DNA from: Laetmonice hystrix
Taxonomy: Eukaryota
Reading direction: 5' to 3'
DNA: 64,000 nucleotides
Assembly: GCA_965235115.1 (NCBI GenBank)
Contig: OZ249436.1
Location: forward strand, 15,626,001 to 15,690,000
The position numbers and the translations under genes are program-made. The notes beneath the pieces were generated by a model. The model was not told where the DNA came from. It saw only the letters and a program-made list of their open reading frames with translations, and made no database searches. Each line of letters begins with the position of its first letter. The stretch's first letter is position 1. Shown here in pieces: positions 62,161 to 64,000 of the stretch.

Positions 62161-62806
62161 CGTCAAGTACTTACGATAAGTACCCGGGCTTCAACGGAGC
62201 CGGACTGAAGAACACCGAGTAAACACACTGCTGTCTACTGGCTCAAGGAGCATTTATAAATACACACAAACTGGCGGGTTTACAGCATCTTCCAGACGAG
62301 GAGAGAAATATGCTGGCAGTCACAGAAGTAACGTTTGCTTCAGGTGTTTCTCTGAAACGTTGCGCCTGACGAAGTTGTATCAATGAATTATACGAAGCCA
62401 AATTTGGCTCTGGCATGACGTGGATTTTTCAAAGAGGGGGGGGGGGGCAGGGCCTCTGGAAGACTTTTGGAAGACTAAAAATGCTAGGGGGGGCTACTTC
62501 CCGGAACCTGCAGATATAAATTCTAACATTTTTCAAAGAGGGTTCGTCCTCTCGACCCCCCCCCCCAGTGTAACTGTCCTATATATTCACGCAGTACAGG
62601 AGAATGACTATAACCATGGAAAGTGATAGAGGGAGGGACGCCGAACGTTTTACTTTTACAGCTCTAGGCTCAGTGGTATAGTCGATTCAGTCTTGGAAAA
62701 TGACGTCAGGAATCATTATTTGCTAGATAAATGCACTGCTGGATGAACAGGGTCTACCGAATACAGGAGCAAGACAACCACGTCCATTGGCCACACCAAA
62801 TGCAAA

Positions 62807-64000
62807 CTAGTGACAACGTGCCATGGGCACAGGTATCCCATTCACCTATTGAGGGTATCATAGGTCACGTGACCCCAAAAATATTGTGCCAAAGGAAAGA
62901 TGACTTCCTATTAGTGTTTAATAGTGACTATGGCTCTATCTTCAACCATTTACTAGTTATAGCCCTTGGAAAATATAGGTCAGCTCCTTATGACGTCATT
63001 AGTTCACGTGACCTGAAAAATAAAGCTGTATAATGAAAGATCATATATGACTTCCTATTAGTGTTTAATAGTAACTATGGCTCTATCTTGAACCATTTAG
63101 AAGTTATAGCCCTGAGAAAATATAGGTGACCTCCTTATGACGTCATAGGTCACGTGACCTAAAAAATAAAGGTGCACAATGAAAGAGGATATATGACTTC
63201 CTATTTGTGTTTAATAGTAGCTATGGCTCTATCTTCAACCATTTCCTAGTTATAGCCCTTGGAAAATCTAGGTGACCTCCTTATGACGTCATAGGTCACG
63301 TGACCTGAAAAATAATGGTGGCAAATGAAAGAGCATAATGACTTCCTATTAGTGTTCAATAGTAACTATAGCTCTATCTTCAACCATTTACAAGTTATAG
63401 CCCTGGTAAAATACAGGTCACATCCTTAACATCATCAGGTCACGTGACCTGAAAATAAAGCTGTATAATGAAAGATCATATATGACTTCCTATTCGTGTT
63501 TAATAGTAACCTTGACTGTATCTTCAACCATTTAGAAGTTATAACCCTGACAAAATATAGGTGACCTCATGATGACGTCATAGGTCACGTGACCTGAAAA
63601 ATAATGGTGGCAAATGAAAGAGCATATATGACTTCCTATTAGTGTTTAATAGTAACTAAGGCTCTATCTTCAACCATTTACAAGTTATAGCCCTGGGAAA
63701 ATATAGGTAATCTAGGTATGACGTCATAGGTCACGTGACCTGAAAAATAAAGGTGCATAATGAAAGAGGATATATGACTTCCTATACGTGTTCTATAGTA
63801 ACTTTGCCTCTATCTTGGACCGTTCTTGAGTTATATCCAAATACCGACTTCTGACCAGTTTTCCTCAACTTTGAGGTCACGTGACTCGCTTAATATAGGT
63901 CAGATCGCTTATTCCCGACGTTCCTGAACTGAGCCCACTGATGTTCTTCCATGAGTTCAGTTTCATTGAATTTCTTTTAAATTTGAGGGAGTTGAAAAGA
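62807..64000 (-). mobile_element. Helentron-like element E with diverged ~146-bp satellite core, running off the window
   Basis: AA|CTAG, hairpin GTGCC-ATG-GGCAC, then GGTATCCC as in element A; TGACGTCAT at 62991, 63138 and 63284; monomer shares ATGACTTCCTAT...AATAGTAAC with element B. Confidence 0.8.

Noticed and set aside
60265..62179. 627 and 633 aa ORFs
   Set aside because: Products of the 66-bp repeat; deletion variants swap frames freely, which argues against coding constraint.

Overview
Repeat-rich eukaryotic DNA, most likely from a marine invertebrate animal (spliceosomal introns, MITEs, SINE/LINE debris, satellites). I found no prokaryotic operons or CRISPR arrays. Two host genes are supported. 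(1) A + strand aquaglyceroporin (AQP3/7/9/10-like) with two homologous alternative first exons (1147-1245, 2902-3009), five shared exons (6969-8896/8913) and a candidate terminal exon (16678-16715). (2) The first coding exon (53525-53985) of a rhodopsin-family, peptide-receptor-like GPCR; I could not find its other exons in the window. The rest is mostly nested mobile DNA. A 6.6-kb TAC...GTA element with a 6-bp TSD (IS3EU-type ends) contains a captured piece of the adjacent aquaporin gene and a Kolobok-like THAP element. A degraded CR1-like LINE is split by a 9.7-kb stack of Helentron-like (HINE/DINE-type) elements carrying 146-bp and 258-bp satellites and tRNA-like units. There are also many MITEs and minisatellites (22, 23, 28, 30, 31, 56, 64 and 66 bp). 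The long ORFs at 44.6-45.1, 55-56 and 60-62 kb are repeat artefacts. All calls were made by eye; family assignments rest on recalled terminus/TSD rules and need database confirmation.
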